64,000 nucleotides of DNA. It comes from Octopus sinensis. Its lineage: Eukaryota. Below, piece after piece: positions 1 to 15,769 of the stretch. A program made the position numbers and the translations under genes. Under the pieces are notes generated by a model. That model worked only from the letters and a program-made list of their open reading frames with translations. It had not been told where the DNA came from and did not search any database. The stretch covers positions 44,144,001 to 44,208,000 of the forward strand of contig NC_043006.1 of assembly GCF_006345805.1 (NCBI RefSeq), written 5' to 3'. The number at the start of each line of letters is the position of its first letter. Within the stretch, counting starts at the first letter, position 1.

Positions 1-302
1 GAGGATTTGCTTTAAAGAAAAGAATATTGGTTTTCAAATGATGAATGCAAGCCATCTTTTATTCATCATGTAAGAACTGATATTAATATCTCTTCTTAAA
101 ATTATATCTTAAGAATATATTCTTTTAATAACATATACCTTAAAATTGCTAAAAGCTTCAACTCAGTTTCAACTAAAGAGAAATATATATCTAAATAACC
201 ATTTTATTGAACATAATAATGTATCAAAATTTAAAATCCACTGATAAAACTCAAATTGAATTTAAAAATCCAAAATAGAATACAAATGAAGAAATATGTG
301 AG

Positions 303-394
<92 letters not shown>

Positions 395-904
395 TTTTAA
401 ACTGTAAGAATATAACTCAAAATATATTTATTTTTGTGTTATTTTTAGAGTTCCAACATACAAAGCAGGTACATACTTAGGTTTAAATCCGACAATATTC
501 TCCTTAAAAGAGTCACTTGCAAAGCTTGCACTCTTTCATAATATTCACAGTAAACAGAAATGTAACATATAATCCCTCTTACTATTCCTCATTTAAAACA
601 AACAGCCAAAAGAATTCCTTGTTCTCCTTTAACACTTTTTTTACCATATTTCTGGTGAAATACACAGCCTTAGTTATAATAATTAGATGACACAACACAT
701 ATTCTCTATAACAAATTCTTTAATAGGTTCAAAGTTATTTTTCTCATAAGTAACATGTTAATCAATATCTCAGGGATAGTTATGAGTAAACAGACTGAGA
801 GGAAGATAGAGGACACAGTTATGAGAAATCTAAAAAAAAGACAGGTGATGCTACATAACATGTCAGAAAAATGATGAAGAAGAAAGTACAACTTAATCAA
901 CTTA

Positions 905-1033
<129 letters not shown>

Positions 1034-1843
1034 TCAAAGAAAAACCAAATAGAGAATTTATTTTATATAACATTAAGGTTTTTATTGTGTCTGGGGAGAG
1101 TCTTTCTCTTTTAGTGCCTTATTATTTTGACACACTCGCTGGTCAGATTTCCACTCATTTACTTATTTTTTACTTTTCATTGCAGCTTGCAACCTTTTCA
1201 ATAGTCATTGATTCTGTTTTTTGTACGCATGCATGTGTTAGTGTGCATGCACATATGTATGTATGTATGTATGTATTATGTATGTGTGTGTATGCATATA
1301 TATGTGTATGCATGTGTGCACATTTGTTTGTATGGACTCTGCATGTATGTGTGTATGCATGTATGTATGTGTACGCATATATGTATGCATGTGTACACAT
1401 TTGTATGTATTTATTCTTTTATTTTTTTTACTTGTTTCAGTCACTTGACTGCGGCCATGCTGGGGCACTGCCTTTAGTCAAACAAGTCTACCCCAGGACT
1501 TACTCTTATTATGATTTTTATCTTTTCTAGCATAGAATGGTTATTGGTTATAAAAATGTGGCTATTTATAAGAAAATGAAGTAACTGGTTTTGCATGTAT
1601 GTATGTATTTCTTATCACTAAATACTAAACATTTTTATGGAAAACAAATAAGTCAAAGTGAATAGAACAATGCATTTTAACAGTAAAGCCAGCATAATAA
1701 CCGCAGCAAAATTCTACATTAGCCATAACTCTCAGTAACAGCTGAAACCAATTTAATTTTACTTGAAAACAACTATATTAATCAACATAAATTTCTCTTT
1801 ATCACTGTTTGAATCTGATTTATAAATATACATAATAATAATA

Positions 1844-1885
<42 letters not shown>

Positions 1886-4800
1886 TTGGGGTCAGATTAC
1901 AAACTATGCAGTAATCACAAATAAAAGCACAAGCTAAAAAACAAATCATATAACAAAAACTTAAGATTATGGAGAAAAATATACAGCAAATATTAAATAA
2001 AAAATCTGGGATGCTCAACCAATAACTATTAAGATGGCTCAATTTACATCAATCATCAAAATTAAAGTTTTTATTCTTCATCAAGTCAGATAATTACTTA
2101 GCATACCAATAATAGTTGGGGGTTTTTTTCCTTTTGTTTTTTGTTGTTTTTTTTTGCAGCATTGCATACCTAACTCAGTTTTGCAAAGACAACAGTACAC
2201 CATAGATATCTTGCCAGAATCCCAATTTCCTCTTTTTCCGATTTTTATCATTTGTACCCAGTTAATTAAGAAATTTGCTGCCTAAATCAATATTACCGTT
2301 CTAGAAACCTTTTTTTTTTTTTTTTTTTTTTCATATTTGTTATTTATTGGTATAAAAGTAAGTTGCCAAGTATGAAAGTTAATTTGCAAGTGTTAACTGC
2401 CAAAAAGAAAAAGAAAAATTGAATTCTGAACAGGGAGAAGATCCAGTCACTTAAAAAAATGTGGTAGAGGTGTGTCTTTGCCCAAGAAATTTGTTCAAAA
2501 GAAGATGAAGAGAAAAGGGATGTACCTTTTGCTTGCAAAGAGGAGGCATTTGAATATACCCTGAAAAGAGCAACTGAAAAGAAACGCTGGCCAATGTGTG
2601 GATTGTGTACAGTTCATTGACAAAGGCAAATCATATGGAAGTATCTAACAAGTACCCAGGACCAAAGATGAGCTCAACAGAAGGCATCTAGGATGCTGGA
2701 GAACGAGTGTTTCCAAGCAGTCATTCAACTTTTTACTAATTTAAGACAATAACTATGAACAGCTTAACTTGATGTTCAATAGAGAGGAAGACAAACCACT
2801 AAATATGGTGGGCATATGACTGCCAACATTCACGGAAAAAGATTTTAGTAAAGGATTTTGTTGCAGCACAATGGCTTATGTGCCTCAATGACCCTGAGAA
2901 CTGTGTCAGTGGAACGCAAGCTCCAGGTAGGGCCTCTCATACTGGACAAATCTAAGGATAGAGACTATACTAATATGGACCATCTCTTCGTAGAAGTAAA
3001 AATTGGGTTTGCATAGGGCCAACACCCCTATCTAGAAAATGCTAGTTATAGAAGTACTAACGACCATTCAAAACCAACAAGACCAGGGAGAGTACAGCCC
3101 AGAGTCAAAAACAATAGAGGCAAAGTTGTCGATAGGAGAGAAAGTCTTTAAAAATGTAATAGTTTTTCAAAACTGTTTCTTTTTTTATACCAATTCTAGA
3201 ATATTTCAGCAATCAGAATATATAATTGAGAACCAAACAAGAAATCTGAAGAATATATAAGTGTGAAACATGGTTATTTATTTCAAAATACTTAAGCTAC
3301 TCTTTCCTGCTTAATAAAAAATTCACTGGCTCGATTTCATAATGAGTAATTTATTTGGATTTGGTAGACATCCCAGAACTATTTACAATGGACTTTGAAA
3401 GTTTAACAACCTCAACAGAATCAAAAAGACCTTGGGATATGCTCCCCCAATACAAACAAACAAACACACATGAGCGTTCTTTAATTTAGATTTAGTGACA
3501 ATTCCTTAGAGAATCATATTTTTACTTAGTCTAATTCTTAGTGGTGGCATAGTAGGTGATTTACCAGCTGTGAAGGGCGATGTTGGAGGTGGTATACCAG
3601 ATGTGAGGAAGAAAAGACATCACACAATGTAGCAGGGTTTTTGGACAATTTCTTACTCTGACAAGCAGTTAGTGCAAACAGAAGCGCATAAGAAATTCTG
3701 ATGTATTTTAGGTTTCTGGTCAGGAGATTTGGGTTAGTGAGTGTACAGGGTCACTCAATGAGTTCCAGTCGGAGTTTTAGAATAGTTTTCCTTTTAGAAG
3801 TTGTTTTGCTAGCTGAAGGTAAGAACCTTCATCAAAAATTCTACTTCATTATGCAGTATCACTTCCTCTTTCACTTCCGATGCAACAACCCTATCGTCTC
3901 TCTTCACTGCTTCGCAGATCACCCACTACACCACGTTAGTTAAAGAAAAATCAATAATGTTGGGCATTTTCTGTTTAGCTGCAACAGAAATTAGTTACAG
4001 GTCTTTAAAATTTGCTAAGGTTCATGTACCACACTCAATTACAGTGATTATTTTATCCACATTTGCATTGAAACAGCTTTACAAATTATACAGGTTTTGT
4101 TGAATGGGAAGTGTTGGACAACAGGTTTAAATATTTGTTCAACCACAATCACAGGCATTAATCTATGCTACATTTTGTTTCAGTTTTAACCTAACTGAAA
4201 GCAGATACTACATAAAGACATCTAAATCATAATGAAAACTCATTGTAGTAATTCAAGAAAAATATTCAAACTTTCAGAATCACTCCAAGCTGTGGTGACA
4301 GTTAAACTAAATATAAAGATGATTTAAAATAACACCAACATCAATGTGAATAACAAATGTCTCCTAATTAGCTACCTATTCAATGAAAAAAGAATTTGAT
4401 CTCAAGAGGTTACACCCAAGAGTAGACCAGTTTGACATTAATCATACTATTAATTAAGAGTGTGGCCTCAGTTGACCTGACATTAAAAATGTACTAGCCC
4501 AGACAAGCCCAGTCACTAAGCAGGCCAGTAATTCATCATTAATTTATTAATTATGGTTTGTCGTTTCATCTAATTTAGATATAAAGCATTGCTTTTTTTT
4601 TTTACCTCTTTCTCTGTAAATTTAATAATAATCAGAAACATAATTTAGAAATCATAGAAGCAAAAAAAAAAAAAAATTATTACAACTGGCTACTTCCGAG
4701 ATGAACATATGCATGTATTTACTATTTTAAAGAAATGATTTTATAAAGAAAACCAATATTCACCGCCCCCAGGCTCATGAACAATACAAGATAATAGATT

Positions 4801-5264
4801 TTGTTCTCTCTCTTCAGACTCTTTCTCTTTCTCTTTATTTCTCTCTCTCTCAAGAGAGAGAAAGAGGGGAAGATAGATAGACTGACAGACAAACAGACAG
4901 ACAGACAGATTCATTGAACGACATTCTATCATTCCCAGAACATTTGTTACCAATTTCCCACAGATGGATACAAAGAACAGTAGCATATATACTTTAAGTG
5001 TACTACACGTGTATTTTAAGTGGACTGCAGAAGATAAAACGTATGATCCATGATACACGAGAACAACATTTTATCTACTTAGACCTTGTGTGCATAAATG
5101 AATATGGTAACAATGAACACTCCTGCCAGTTTAGATGGGTGGGTGTGCTAATTGTTCAATTAACAGAACTACCTACCTACTTATGACTGAGTACTCCACA
5201 AACATTTGTACTTTTACTGTAATCCTCAGGTAAATTCATGAATTCATTAGTGAATATATACATA

Positions 5265-5885
5265 GTTGCAGCCATGGATGTGTGGTAAGAAGGTTGCTTT
5301 CCAACCAAGTAGTTTTGATTTCAGTCCCACTGCATGGCACCTTGGGCAAATGTCTTCTACTATAGCCTCAGGCCAACCAAAGCCTTGAGTGGATTTGATA
5401 GACAGTAGCCTATCATGTGTGTGTGTGTGTGTGTGTGTCTTTGTACTCTACCATCACTTGATGACTGTTGGTTTGTTTATGTTCTTATAACTTAGTGGTT
5501 TCTTATTTCTTTATTGCCCACAAGGAGCTAAATATAGAGGGGAGAAACAAGAACAGACAAAGGGATTAAATCGATTACATCGACCCCAGTGTGTAACTGG
5601 TACTTAATTTATTGACCCCGAAGAGATAAAAGGCAAAGTTGACCTCAGCGGAATTTGAATTCAGAATGTAATGGCAGACGAATTACCGCTAAGCATTTCG
5701 CCCGGCGTGCTAACGTTTCTGCCAGCTCGCCATAACTTAGTGGTTTGGCAAAAGAAAGTAATAGAATAAGTATCAGACTTTTAAAAAAATAAGTCTTGGG
5801 ATCAATTCATTAGGCTAAAAGAACATTCAAGGCAGTGCCCCAGCATGGTTGCTGTTAAATGTCTAAAACAAGTAAATGATAAAAG
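5265..5885 (+). mobile_element. SINE family A with a nested minus-strand family C SINE (5502-5731)
   Basis: The inner element is flanked by a 15-bp TSD ATAACTTAGTGGTTT at 5487-5501 and 5732-5746. Confidence 0.85.
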
Positions 5886-8686
5886 AAACTAGAATGTTAC
5901 TGGCCATTATGACAGGTAACTCTGATAATGTACTTTTGCCACCATAGGGAACATCAGGATATATGAGAGACATACGATAAATGTAATTTAAATTTTATCA
6001 AATTTCTTCATACTTATACAAAATCATGAACTGAATACTAATTTTCAAAAGGAAAAACATTTATTGTCTTAAAATAATTAAATTTCCCATTCATAAAACG
6101 CCTTCCATAACTACTTTTTCATTTAATCCCTCTTCTCCTTCTCTGTCACTATGATTTTTTCACTGTGTGTGTGTGTGTGTGTGTGTTTGTGCATGCACAT
6201 ACAACATTCCTTAACTCACTGCCCATCACCAAGCCTAGCATGTGCAAATGCCCATCAGCTCTCTCTATATATACCTATATACATATACATACACTACAGA
6301 CCCTCCCAAAACTAGACACCAATATCTAAAAAGTTATCTAAGCTTTAATAAGATTATCTATGAAGACAAACAACAAATAACTAAGTAATCTCCACAAACC
6401 ATTAATCCACAATCACTTTTCACTTTACTAGAATGAAGGGCAACACAGAATAACAAAACCAAGATACAAAAATTCACAAGCATAACAAATATGTATTCCC
6501 ATCATCAACTGCCAAACAAATATCATTATAGTTTTGACACCTGGGCCATACCATTCAGTCTGGTGGTGTTAACAGCATTAAAAGCATAAACGCTGCCTGG
6601 GAATTGAAAGTAATCAGCAGGAACAAAACATTAGCCTAATATGTTTGTGACACCAACACCTGCTTGTTACTACACGTAACAAAATCAAAGCGAAGAATTA
6701 ATATTAACTTACAAAAAGTACCCACTACACTTTCGAAATGGTTGGCGTCAGGAAGGCCATCCAGCTGTAGAAACCTTGCTAGATCAGATTGGAGCCTGGT
6801 GCAGCCTCCTGGCTTGCCAGTCCTCAGTCAAACCGTCCAACCCATGCCAGCATGGAAAACGGACATTAAACAAGGTTTATGACGATGATGATTATTAATA
6901 TTATTACAAAACCTATACAACAAAAAACTTACTCCAACAGAGAATATTATGATCCTAAAAATTCAAATACGAAGGAACAAGTAAACTGAACATATTAAGG
7001 AAAGAAACTATCTCTGTCACACTCTCCCTACTTCTTCAATACAATCTATGGCATGACTGAGAATTCAACCAATCAAATTATACTAGCATGCATGCATGTA
7101 TGTATGTATGTATGTATGTTAGTACGTACGTACGTATGTATTATACATCAACATTTACCATCCATTCTCTATGCTGGCATAGATTGGACAGTATGACAGG
7201 AGTTGGCAAGCTGAAGGGCTGCACCAGACACCAGTCATCTTTTTTTAGCATGGCTTCTATGGCTGGATGCCCTTCCTAATGCCATCTTCTTTACAGTGTG
7301 TACTAGGAGTTCTGTAGCACTAGTACAGATGCTTTTACGTGGCATTGGCACCAGAATTGCCTTTTACATGGGCCCTGGCATGGGTGCTCTTTACGTGATG
7401 CCGGCATGGATGCTTTTTATGTGGTGCCATCATGGGTGCTCTTTACATGGTACCAACACAGGGGCTCAACATGTGGCACTAGCATCGGTGCTTTTTACAC
7501 GGCGCTAGCACACACATGCATATGGTTGCCCTATCAATAGAAATACTAACTTATTGCATTATACTGTCTGCAAGTGGCTGGGTATTCCACAGACATCTGT
7601 GCCTTGAGTATCCTTAATAATCCTTAAGGAACATCAGCATGCCATTTTATAAAAAAGGTTGAGTAGAGTCAATCAGACAATTTCCATCTATCCAATTTCA
7701 CTCCAATGAAGTGGACCCACCTTCATGGAAAGTATCATCATCATCATCATCATTTTAAAGTCCATTTCCCATGCTGGCATTGGAGACTTTAGCAGGAGCT
7801 GGTAAGGCCAGGAGCTGGTAAGGCCAGGAGCTGGTAAGGCTCCATTGTTATAGCATGGTTTCTACAGCTTGATGCCATTCCTAATGCCAACCACTTTACA
7901 GAGTGTATTGGGTGCTTTTTGTGGGTCACTAGCACAGGTGCTTTTCACATGTATGTTTGAAGATATTTGCCCAAATATGGCATCACACGTGGAACTGTAT
8001 GATAGTGAAGCACAAATCACATGGTCTCAAAAACAACATGGTCATGTATGGTAAAGATCCTTCCCAAGTCATAAAGATGCATAGGGCTGGTTTCCTGGTT
8101 TTTGTGGTACATGTATTTCCCCCCATGGAAAGGACACCAGCCTGTCACAGGATTACTCATTCTTGCCAGCTGAGAAGACTAGAGCTATATGAAACGAAAT
8201 GTTTTGCTCAAAAAACAATGCATCCAGGAATCAAAACCACAAATCCAAAGCCCTAACCACTAAGTCACATGCCCCCCCATTATGTACTTAAGGTAAAGCA
8301 CTTAACAAAATAGTTTTGATTCCCAGGTTTAGGTATTACACAAGATCTTAGAACATTGCTAAAAGTTTAGAATATTCTCATTAACTAGATTATTTTATGT
8401 TACGTCTCAACATCTAGGTGTCATTGCTCTCAAACACATAATACATATGCAAAAAACGTGGATGAACGGAGGTCATTCAAGCCATTTTTTATTTATAGCT
8501 TAACCAGAGGGAATAAAACAGTGATCATAACTTTTTTTCCAATTTTCCAGGGCTGGGAAGAGAGGAGAATATGACTCATGGATACTTTGCAAACTAGTGG
8601 CTAGGTCCAAATGTTTGCAAACTGGAATGAAATCCATTAAAGGCACCCAAGGGACCTGTTGATGATATTAAACTTGGTGACATATC

Positions 8687-8724
<38 letters not shown>

Positions 8725-9864
8725 TAAATGATGCAAATGACCACACCAGACATGGATTGCAAATACGAAATGCATACATCAACACAAAACATGCATTTTC
8801 AAGAATACACAAAATATGTATTCTAAACTACATACATATACAAACCATATGAGCATGCATTCACAAACCTCACACATACTCTCTCTTCCTAGTAATCTAA
8901 ATACTGTATGAACAACAGAATTGATAAGAGCTTCAATTTCAATTTTATTTCCCTTTAAATTCTTAAAAGAAGGTATCTGATTTGTCCAACCAAATCAGCT
9001 CAACTAGTCTAACACTAATACCCTGAACAAACCTGCTACTGAAACAAAATTTATAAATTTATCAAAAAAACAAAATTGCTGTTTATATATCCACATATTT
9101 GGAGTTATTTCAGTCTTACAAAACCAATGGCACCATAAAAAAAAGGCTGCACAATGGAAAAACAACAGTATTTTGGTAAATCCTTTCATTAGACATTATA
9201 AGAAATAACTAATATTTGATCAATGTCAAATATCTTTTGCAATAAAACCTTAGCAGCAGCTAATCCAACATATTAAGAACTACTGGAAGACTTGTCAGTG
9301 TTCTTAACAAAGAGCTTTCATTGTTATAATCACTGTATTAAGCTATCACTTTCATTATTGTTACTGAGGTCAGGATAAATGGTTTTGTTTTTCATGTTAT
9401 TCATAACTTTTTGGGGTTTTTTGTTGTTTTTTTTTAATGAAAACCTCATAAGAAGACAATAAAACCTAAGCAATATACTTCATGAGCCATGACAAACATC
9501 CTTTATTAGGAGCTAATAATGAGAAAGTAGTAATTAAGGCAATATAAATGCTTAGCAGCATTTCGTCCATCTTTACATTCTGAGTTCAAATTCTGCCTTT
9601 TATCCTTTTGGGGTCAATAAAATAAATACCAATTGAATAATGGGGTTGGTGTCCTCATCATCATCATTTAACATCCACTTTCCATGCTGGCATGGGTTAG
9701 ACGGTTCAACTGGAACCGACAAGCCAGAGAGCTGCACCAGGTTCCAGTCTTATTTGGCATGGTTTCTAAGCTGGATGCCCTTCCTATTGCCATAATTGTA
9801 ATTGACTTAAAACCTTGCCCCTGACCAATATAATTGAGCTGGCAGTAAACATAACACCACTTAA

Positions 9865-10175
9865 AACAGAAATTCTCAAACTTTTTGGGCCACTGCAGCC
9901 CCCTCATAGCCACACAATACCCACCAATGTGCCCACTCTATTTTTATGTATAAATAAATATTTTATATTTTACTCATTTATATATATTATGAATCATTTG
10001 ATATTTAATATAATATTATATAATTTGTATAAAGTACTATAATAATATTATAAATTCATAGCGTCCCCCAATCCACTGTCTTCTTACTAATACCTCCTTT
10101 TTCTCTGCCCCACCCTGCTTGGACCATCTCAACACCCGGAAAGGGGGGGGGGGGGTCCCACTTTAAGAACATATG
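9865..10175. mobile_element. Degenerate hAT-like MITE
   Basis: Ends resemble hAT TIRs (aattctcaaacttttt ... cccactttaagaacatatg). No TSD could be confirmed. Confidence 0.4.
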
Positions 10176-10780
10176 ACTTAAAACAACAGTTTGGCAAAAT
10201 TGTTCAAGCAATGGCTATGATATTTGTTCTGATTCTTTGTAGAGTTCATATACTGTACACATCAACTTTTCATCCTTTCAGGATTTAAAAAAAAAAAAAG
10301 CACTAATATAAGGCAGTGGATTGGTGGAACTGTAAGAACATCAAACTGGATGTTCTTGTAGCATTTGTTTCAGCTCCTTGTATTCCAAAATCAAATCATG
10401 CCAGGATAAGAGATTTTGTCCATTGCTTGATTTAATCCACTACTTGATTTAACAATCCTGCCTGACGTCTTGGGTGTCTTTAGTGGAGTTCATAACAAGG
10501 TGTCTGATTTGAGAATACCCTTTTCCCTCCTTCCCATTATCTTGGATTTTTTTTTTTTTTTGTAAAGAGTTATTATGAGCAGTACCCTTCCTCCCTGACA
10601 AAAAAGGCAATAAAACAAAAAAGATCAGAGTAAATAAAAATAAAGTTAAAACTATCAGAATATTTTGTGAATAATCTTGCTGTTGTTTTAAATAACTAGT
10701 TAATATCATGAAGGTAGGTAGGATGCAGAACTGCCCTGAATAAACAAAAGACAATGAAATTTTCCGCTTGAGAAACTTAC

Positions 10781-10825
10781 CTTTTTGAGAACATTAATTT
10801 CTAATTTTATTTCATCTTCTTCATC
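10781..10825 (-). CDS. msn: Coding exon of msn/MAP4K4-type kinase (alphaC helix): DEEDEIKLEINVLKK
   Basis: Minus strand reads tattttctttctatttcAG|GATGAAGAAGATGAAATAAAATTAGAAATTAATGTTCTCAAAAAG|GTAAGT. It is 45 nt, phase 0/0, and joins in frame to both neighbouring exons (MAP4K4: DEEEEIKLEINMLKK). Confidence 0.95.
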
Positions 10826-12059
10826 CTGAAATAGAAAGAAAATACAAGTTATTTCCAGAAGATGTGCAAGATAAATATATGATTTAATTCGAAATTGGTT
10901 TGTGGCTGCTTCTACAATTGCAGAACTTTCTCAAGTAGTTTAATTATATTCAGTGAGAGCTATGTGCCACAAAACGATGTAAATGCTTTTATTCTTTTAC
11001 TTGGTTCACCTTGAGAGCTGAGGTCATGCTGGGGCACTTACCATATGTTGAAGTACATTTTAAATACTGATAAGACTTTACACTTTAATGGAATGCTGAT
11101 TGACAACTAAAAATATGATCCATATATTAGGAACTTAGTCTTTAGGTATGCAGTAAAGAAATGTGAGTTAGTAGTTGTAACCTTCATTCTCAACAATAAC
11201 AGCTTTGGAACTAAAATATAAAGGAGTAAGTTATCACAAAATAAATTCATCTCACTTGATTATATTTATCTGTATGAAAATATTTATTTCCTTTGAAAAA
11301 CCCACAAAAACAGTTATTTAATCACAAACCTAAACGAAACATAGCATTAAATTTTTAACAGTGTTAAAATTGTCAACACCCTTGAAATCACAAGTATCAG
11401 GTTTTTGTTGTTTTTCATTGTGTTTTTTTTTTTGTGGTTAATATCTAAAACAATGTCATTTGAGTCAGCTTAGAAAGGAGTGGTTACAGCAAGAGGCTTT
11501 CATAAATGCAAATTAACATAACTTCGTTATAATATCTGCATAAAAAGAATGAGAATAATCTTACAACATATTTACTGTTCTCGCAAAGTGATATACAAAG
11601 GATACATTTTCCTACATTAAGAGTGTGTGTGTGTGTGTGTGTGTGTGTTTATGATATATGAGGTTCTTCCATGCAGTTCAAGTTTATTCACAGTGTTATT
11701 ATAACAGTAATTAAATCTTAATTTCTTGTTGAGCACTCTCAAGGAAAATTACCCGCATTTTAGATCAAGTGAGATGTGTACGATCAAATACATAAATATC
11801 ACCACCATCATCATTTATGGTCCATTTTCCATGCGATCATGGGTTGGACAGTCTTTGCCTGTTTTGTCAAAGTTCTTACAGCTAGATGCCCTTCCAAATG
11901 CCAACCACTTTATAGAGTGTATTGAGTGCTTTTTTACGTGGCACCAGCACAGGTGCTCTATACATGACACCAACATGGGTGCTTATACGTGGTACTAACA
12001 CGGGTGCTTTTTAGCTGGTATCAGCATGGGTGCTTATTACATAGCACCAGTAAAATAAT

Positions 12060-13190
12060 AATGTCCCAATTTACTGAACAACAAACAGCCAGGACATAGC
12101 TACACGGAGAAGTGGAACCAAGTGACAACATTTTAAATGAGCCTTCATGCACTATGTCAAGAAACCTGGATGTTACTTTCACAGTGGAATACAAACAAAA
12201 CAACACCATCTGACAATTTCAGCAAGGCCATTGTATTAATAGACATTTCAAAGCAAAGTCGGACTGGGAATTGTGTTCATTTGAACTCAAATGGCATGTC
12301 TGTTGGTTTGATTGGAATTCTTGGAATGAAAGCCCCAGAGGCACATCCATTGATGATGTTAGCTTCTGTTACATTAGGTAGTAATGTTTTCACAATCAAC
12401 CTTGTCCTATTGCATAATTTAGGAGGATCTAAATTTCTTAGAAGCATTATTGGGACTCCTACCTTCAGAAAAAGTTTATGTGGAGGAATTCCAGGTGGCT
12501 CAAGAGAATTAAGGAACTCAGTTGAGTAATGGACAGCTTGATTTTCATCAAGGACTGAATCAACTGATTTGTACTTCTTAATGATAGTTGGAATCTTATT
12601 CATTAATTCATGGTTAATCCTTGCTACTGTCTCATTTTTTGGAGCAACAACTGCCCTTTCACACAACCATTTATGTGAATTATGATTATTACTTAAGTCT
12701 GGAAATACTCAGTTCTTCAGTTCAGCTGGGGAATTCTCCACGACAGCAATAAGAGCTAAACTGATATCGCCATTCCCACCAAATAGTACTTTCCCATTTC
12801 CTAATTAGAGGAGCCAGGTTGAAAACTGTTTTGCACATTGGTCCACATGTAATAATGGTCTTACATTAGTATTGAAGACTTAATGCATGCTTTTATTTCA
12901 TCAGATCTTGTTCGTCTCGGAATGACTGGTAATGTCTATCTGAAATCTCCTGATAAAACTAATGTAACTCCTCCCATAGATTTATTGTTGCCTTTGATGT
13001 CTTGTAAGGTCTTGCCAAGAGCTTCCATTGCGCCTCTGTGTGACATGGTGCATTCATCCCAAATGATAAGGTGGCATTGGCACAACACTTCTGGTGATCT
13101 TGAATCTTTGCTTATGTTACAAATTAGTTTTACAAATGTTTTACCTGTGCCACCAGGAGCATCAAGAAATAAAATTCCTCTGGTGATTGT
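12060..13190 (-). pseudogene. Helitron-type PIF1 helicase remnant
   Basis: Motifs FLDAPGGTGKTF (Walker A), IIWDE (Walker B), VLSGDFR, EFLNSLEPPGIPPHKL, IMLLRNLDPPKLCN, RIP, QFPVRLCF. It has an internal deletion after Walker A plus frameshifts and stops. Confidence 0.88.
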
Positions 13191-13255
13191 GGAACACCAC
13201 ACACACACACACACACAGTAATCAAACATCAGATGAAATGGACGTGTGAGAGAGA

Positions 13256-13288
<33 letters not shown>

Positions 13289-13292
13289 TGAA

Positions 13293-13500
13293 TGAAGGGG
13301 TGTGTTGTCATGTATACGTACATACATAAATAGGCATACATCTTTCTTGTATGTATGTGTGCATGTGTGTGAGAGACAGAAAGAGAGAGAGTGCCACTTA
13401 GACATCACTCTCACACAGACACACATGCATACGTACATAGAAAAAAGACGTATGCATATGTATTTATGTATGTACGTATACATGACAACACAACCCTTCA
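13293..13500. repeat. Imperfect inverted repeat with ~80-bp arms next to the Helitron remnant
   Basis: TGAAGGGGTGTGTTGTCATGTATACGTACATACATAAATA... (13293-13370) pairs with ...TATTTATGTATGTACGTATACATGACAACACAACCCTTCA (13419-13500). Confidence 0.8.
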
Positions 13501-13997
13501 CATAGACACACACATACATAAATCTATACAAATGTACATACAAAAGCACACATGTGCTTGTGTGACTGACTATAAATACTTAGAGCTGAACACAGCTTGC
13601 AAAAAGAAAATAGCTAAAAAAAATTTACGAAAATTAACAAAGTGTGCAAGTTCAGAATGAAATCAAACCGTCCGCGCGTGCGTGCGTGCATGCGAGAGAG
13701 AGAGAGAGAGAGAGAGAGCATTGCAAACACTGAATGAGATAAACATGGAATGAAAAAATTGTATAAATAAAAGGACGTTAAATCTTGTACCAAATATTTA
13801 AATTTATGAACTTTGCCAATACTGGAAGTTGACATTGAGAAACCTTTTTAAAGAAGTGAATCATAAATATAAAGCAATATTTTTTTTTAAATAAAAAAAA
13901 TCAAATAAAGACCCAAGGTCAAATTATTCATGCATCACAAATATGGAAGTAATTGGTGAAGCTATTTTCACGTGAAAAGTGAATACACACACACTTC

Positions 13998-14083
<86 letters not shown>

Positions 14084-15769
14084 TGGGCAAGTGCTTATAA
14101 GTTCAGGCATAGCTGTATGGTAAGAAGTTTGCTCCCAAGCACATGGTTCTGGGTTCAATCCCACTGCATGGCACCTTAGATAAGCATCTTCTACTACAGC
14201 CCAGGTCCAACCAAAGTACTCTGAGTGTATTTGTTGACAGAAACTGAAAGAAGCATGTCCTGTGTGTGTGTATGTGCCTGTCTGTCTGTTTCTTTCTTTC
14301 TTAGTCTTGATATTGCATGATAGTTGTAAACAAATTTAACTGTCATTCAAGCAGTGTCCTTTGTTCCAAATCTTCCATGAAAACATTTCTGGTCATGGGG
14401 AAATATGACCTTACTTGGAAGCAGGTGAGATTTGGCAACAGGAAGGGCATCCGGCCAAAGAAGATACAACAAATTTCCATCCGACCTATGCGAACATGGA
14501 AAAGTTGACATAAAAAACAATGACGATGATATACACCATACTTAATTTAAACATATGTTTATTCGTTAATTGTATTATGAATAACATAAATAGCATAAGT
14601 ATATTCTAAAGTTTTATGTCATCCATATCATTCTTTAGTTTATCAGTCAATCATCTTATGAATAACGAAATTTTCATGTCTTTGATTGTGTTACACAAAG
14701 CGCTACATATTTAGTTGGAAAGGTATGGCTTGGTAGATAATTAATTACGCTAAAGTTGACTTGTTAAGTGACTGATGATTAAAAGAAAACAAAATTATCA
14801 TCATCATCATTGTTTAATGGCTGCTTTCCCTGCTAGCATGGAAATAGTTCAGGAAAAAAGAAACTATACTCTTCACTGTCACCACTTTACAACCACCACT
14901 GCCACCATCTTCATTAACCAATTGTCCAGTTGGTGATGCCACCACCACCATCCTAACACATGATGAGTTGCATGTGCCATGTCCTATCCTGTAAACCCCC
15001 CCTCTCTCTCTGCCTTTCCTTTCAGCTATTCATTTAACCACATACCATAAGAGTATTTCCTTTCTCCTACTTCAGACCACTACAGCATTCCCTTCTGCTG
15101 AACACCCCCCCCCTCTCTCTGCCTCTCCTTTCAACTAACCATTACCCTGATATTATATGATAGGTACACAACCAAAATAATATAATAGATATTTATGTAC
15201 ATAGTAATCATTAGAAATGAAAATATTGGATTTAAAATATTTACATCCTCATTCCTTTTTTCTCCCACATTCTCCCTCACCAGTCTTACTTGCTATCTTA
15301 GATGAAAGAGTAGTAGACAATGAAAGTGTGCACAAAACTGAATTTTAGAAATGAAAAATGAGGCATACCCAGTATGGTATAAGTTCAAACAGAACAACCC
15401 AAATATAGACACAACTCATTTGGGCCCTCCCTGGTGAGCCAAAGATTCATTGAAGAGTTATGATTCAGTAATGAGGTATTCTATTCATTAAAGGGCCACA
15501 AGAAACATTTTTAATTTATACATATATACATATATATATCATGGTTATCACAGTATTAACCAAACCATCAGATGTGGTTATATATCACTAGTCTCAATGC
15601 GATTTGGATTATTTTAGCTAGGTGAGCAGGCTGACATTCCCACTCATCAGAAGGCTATCCCACTGCAGGGTGTACCTATTTACAGCTGAGTGGACTGGAG
15701 CAACAGGAAATGAAGCGTTTTACTCAAGAACAACACATACTATCTGGTCTGGGAATTGAAATCATGACG

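Noticed and set aside
3530-3700. Pro-rich minus-strand frame (SGIPPPTSPFTAGKSPTMPPLR)
   Set aside because: A stop codon lies just upstream, there is no acceptor, and the kinase exons on both sides already join without a gap.
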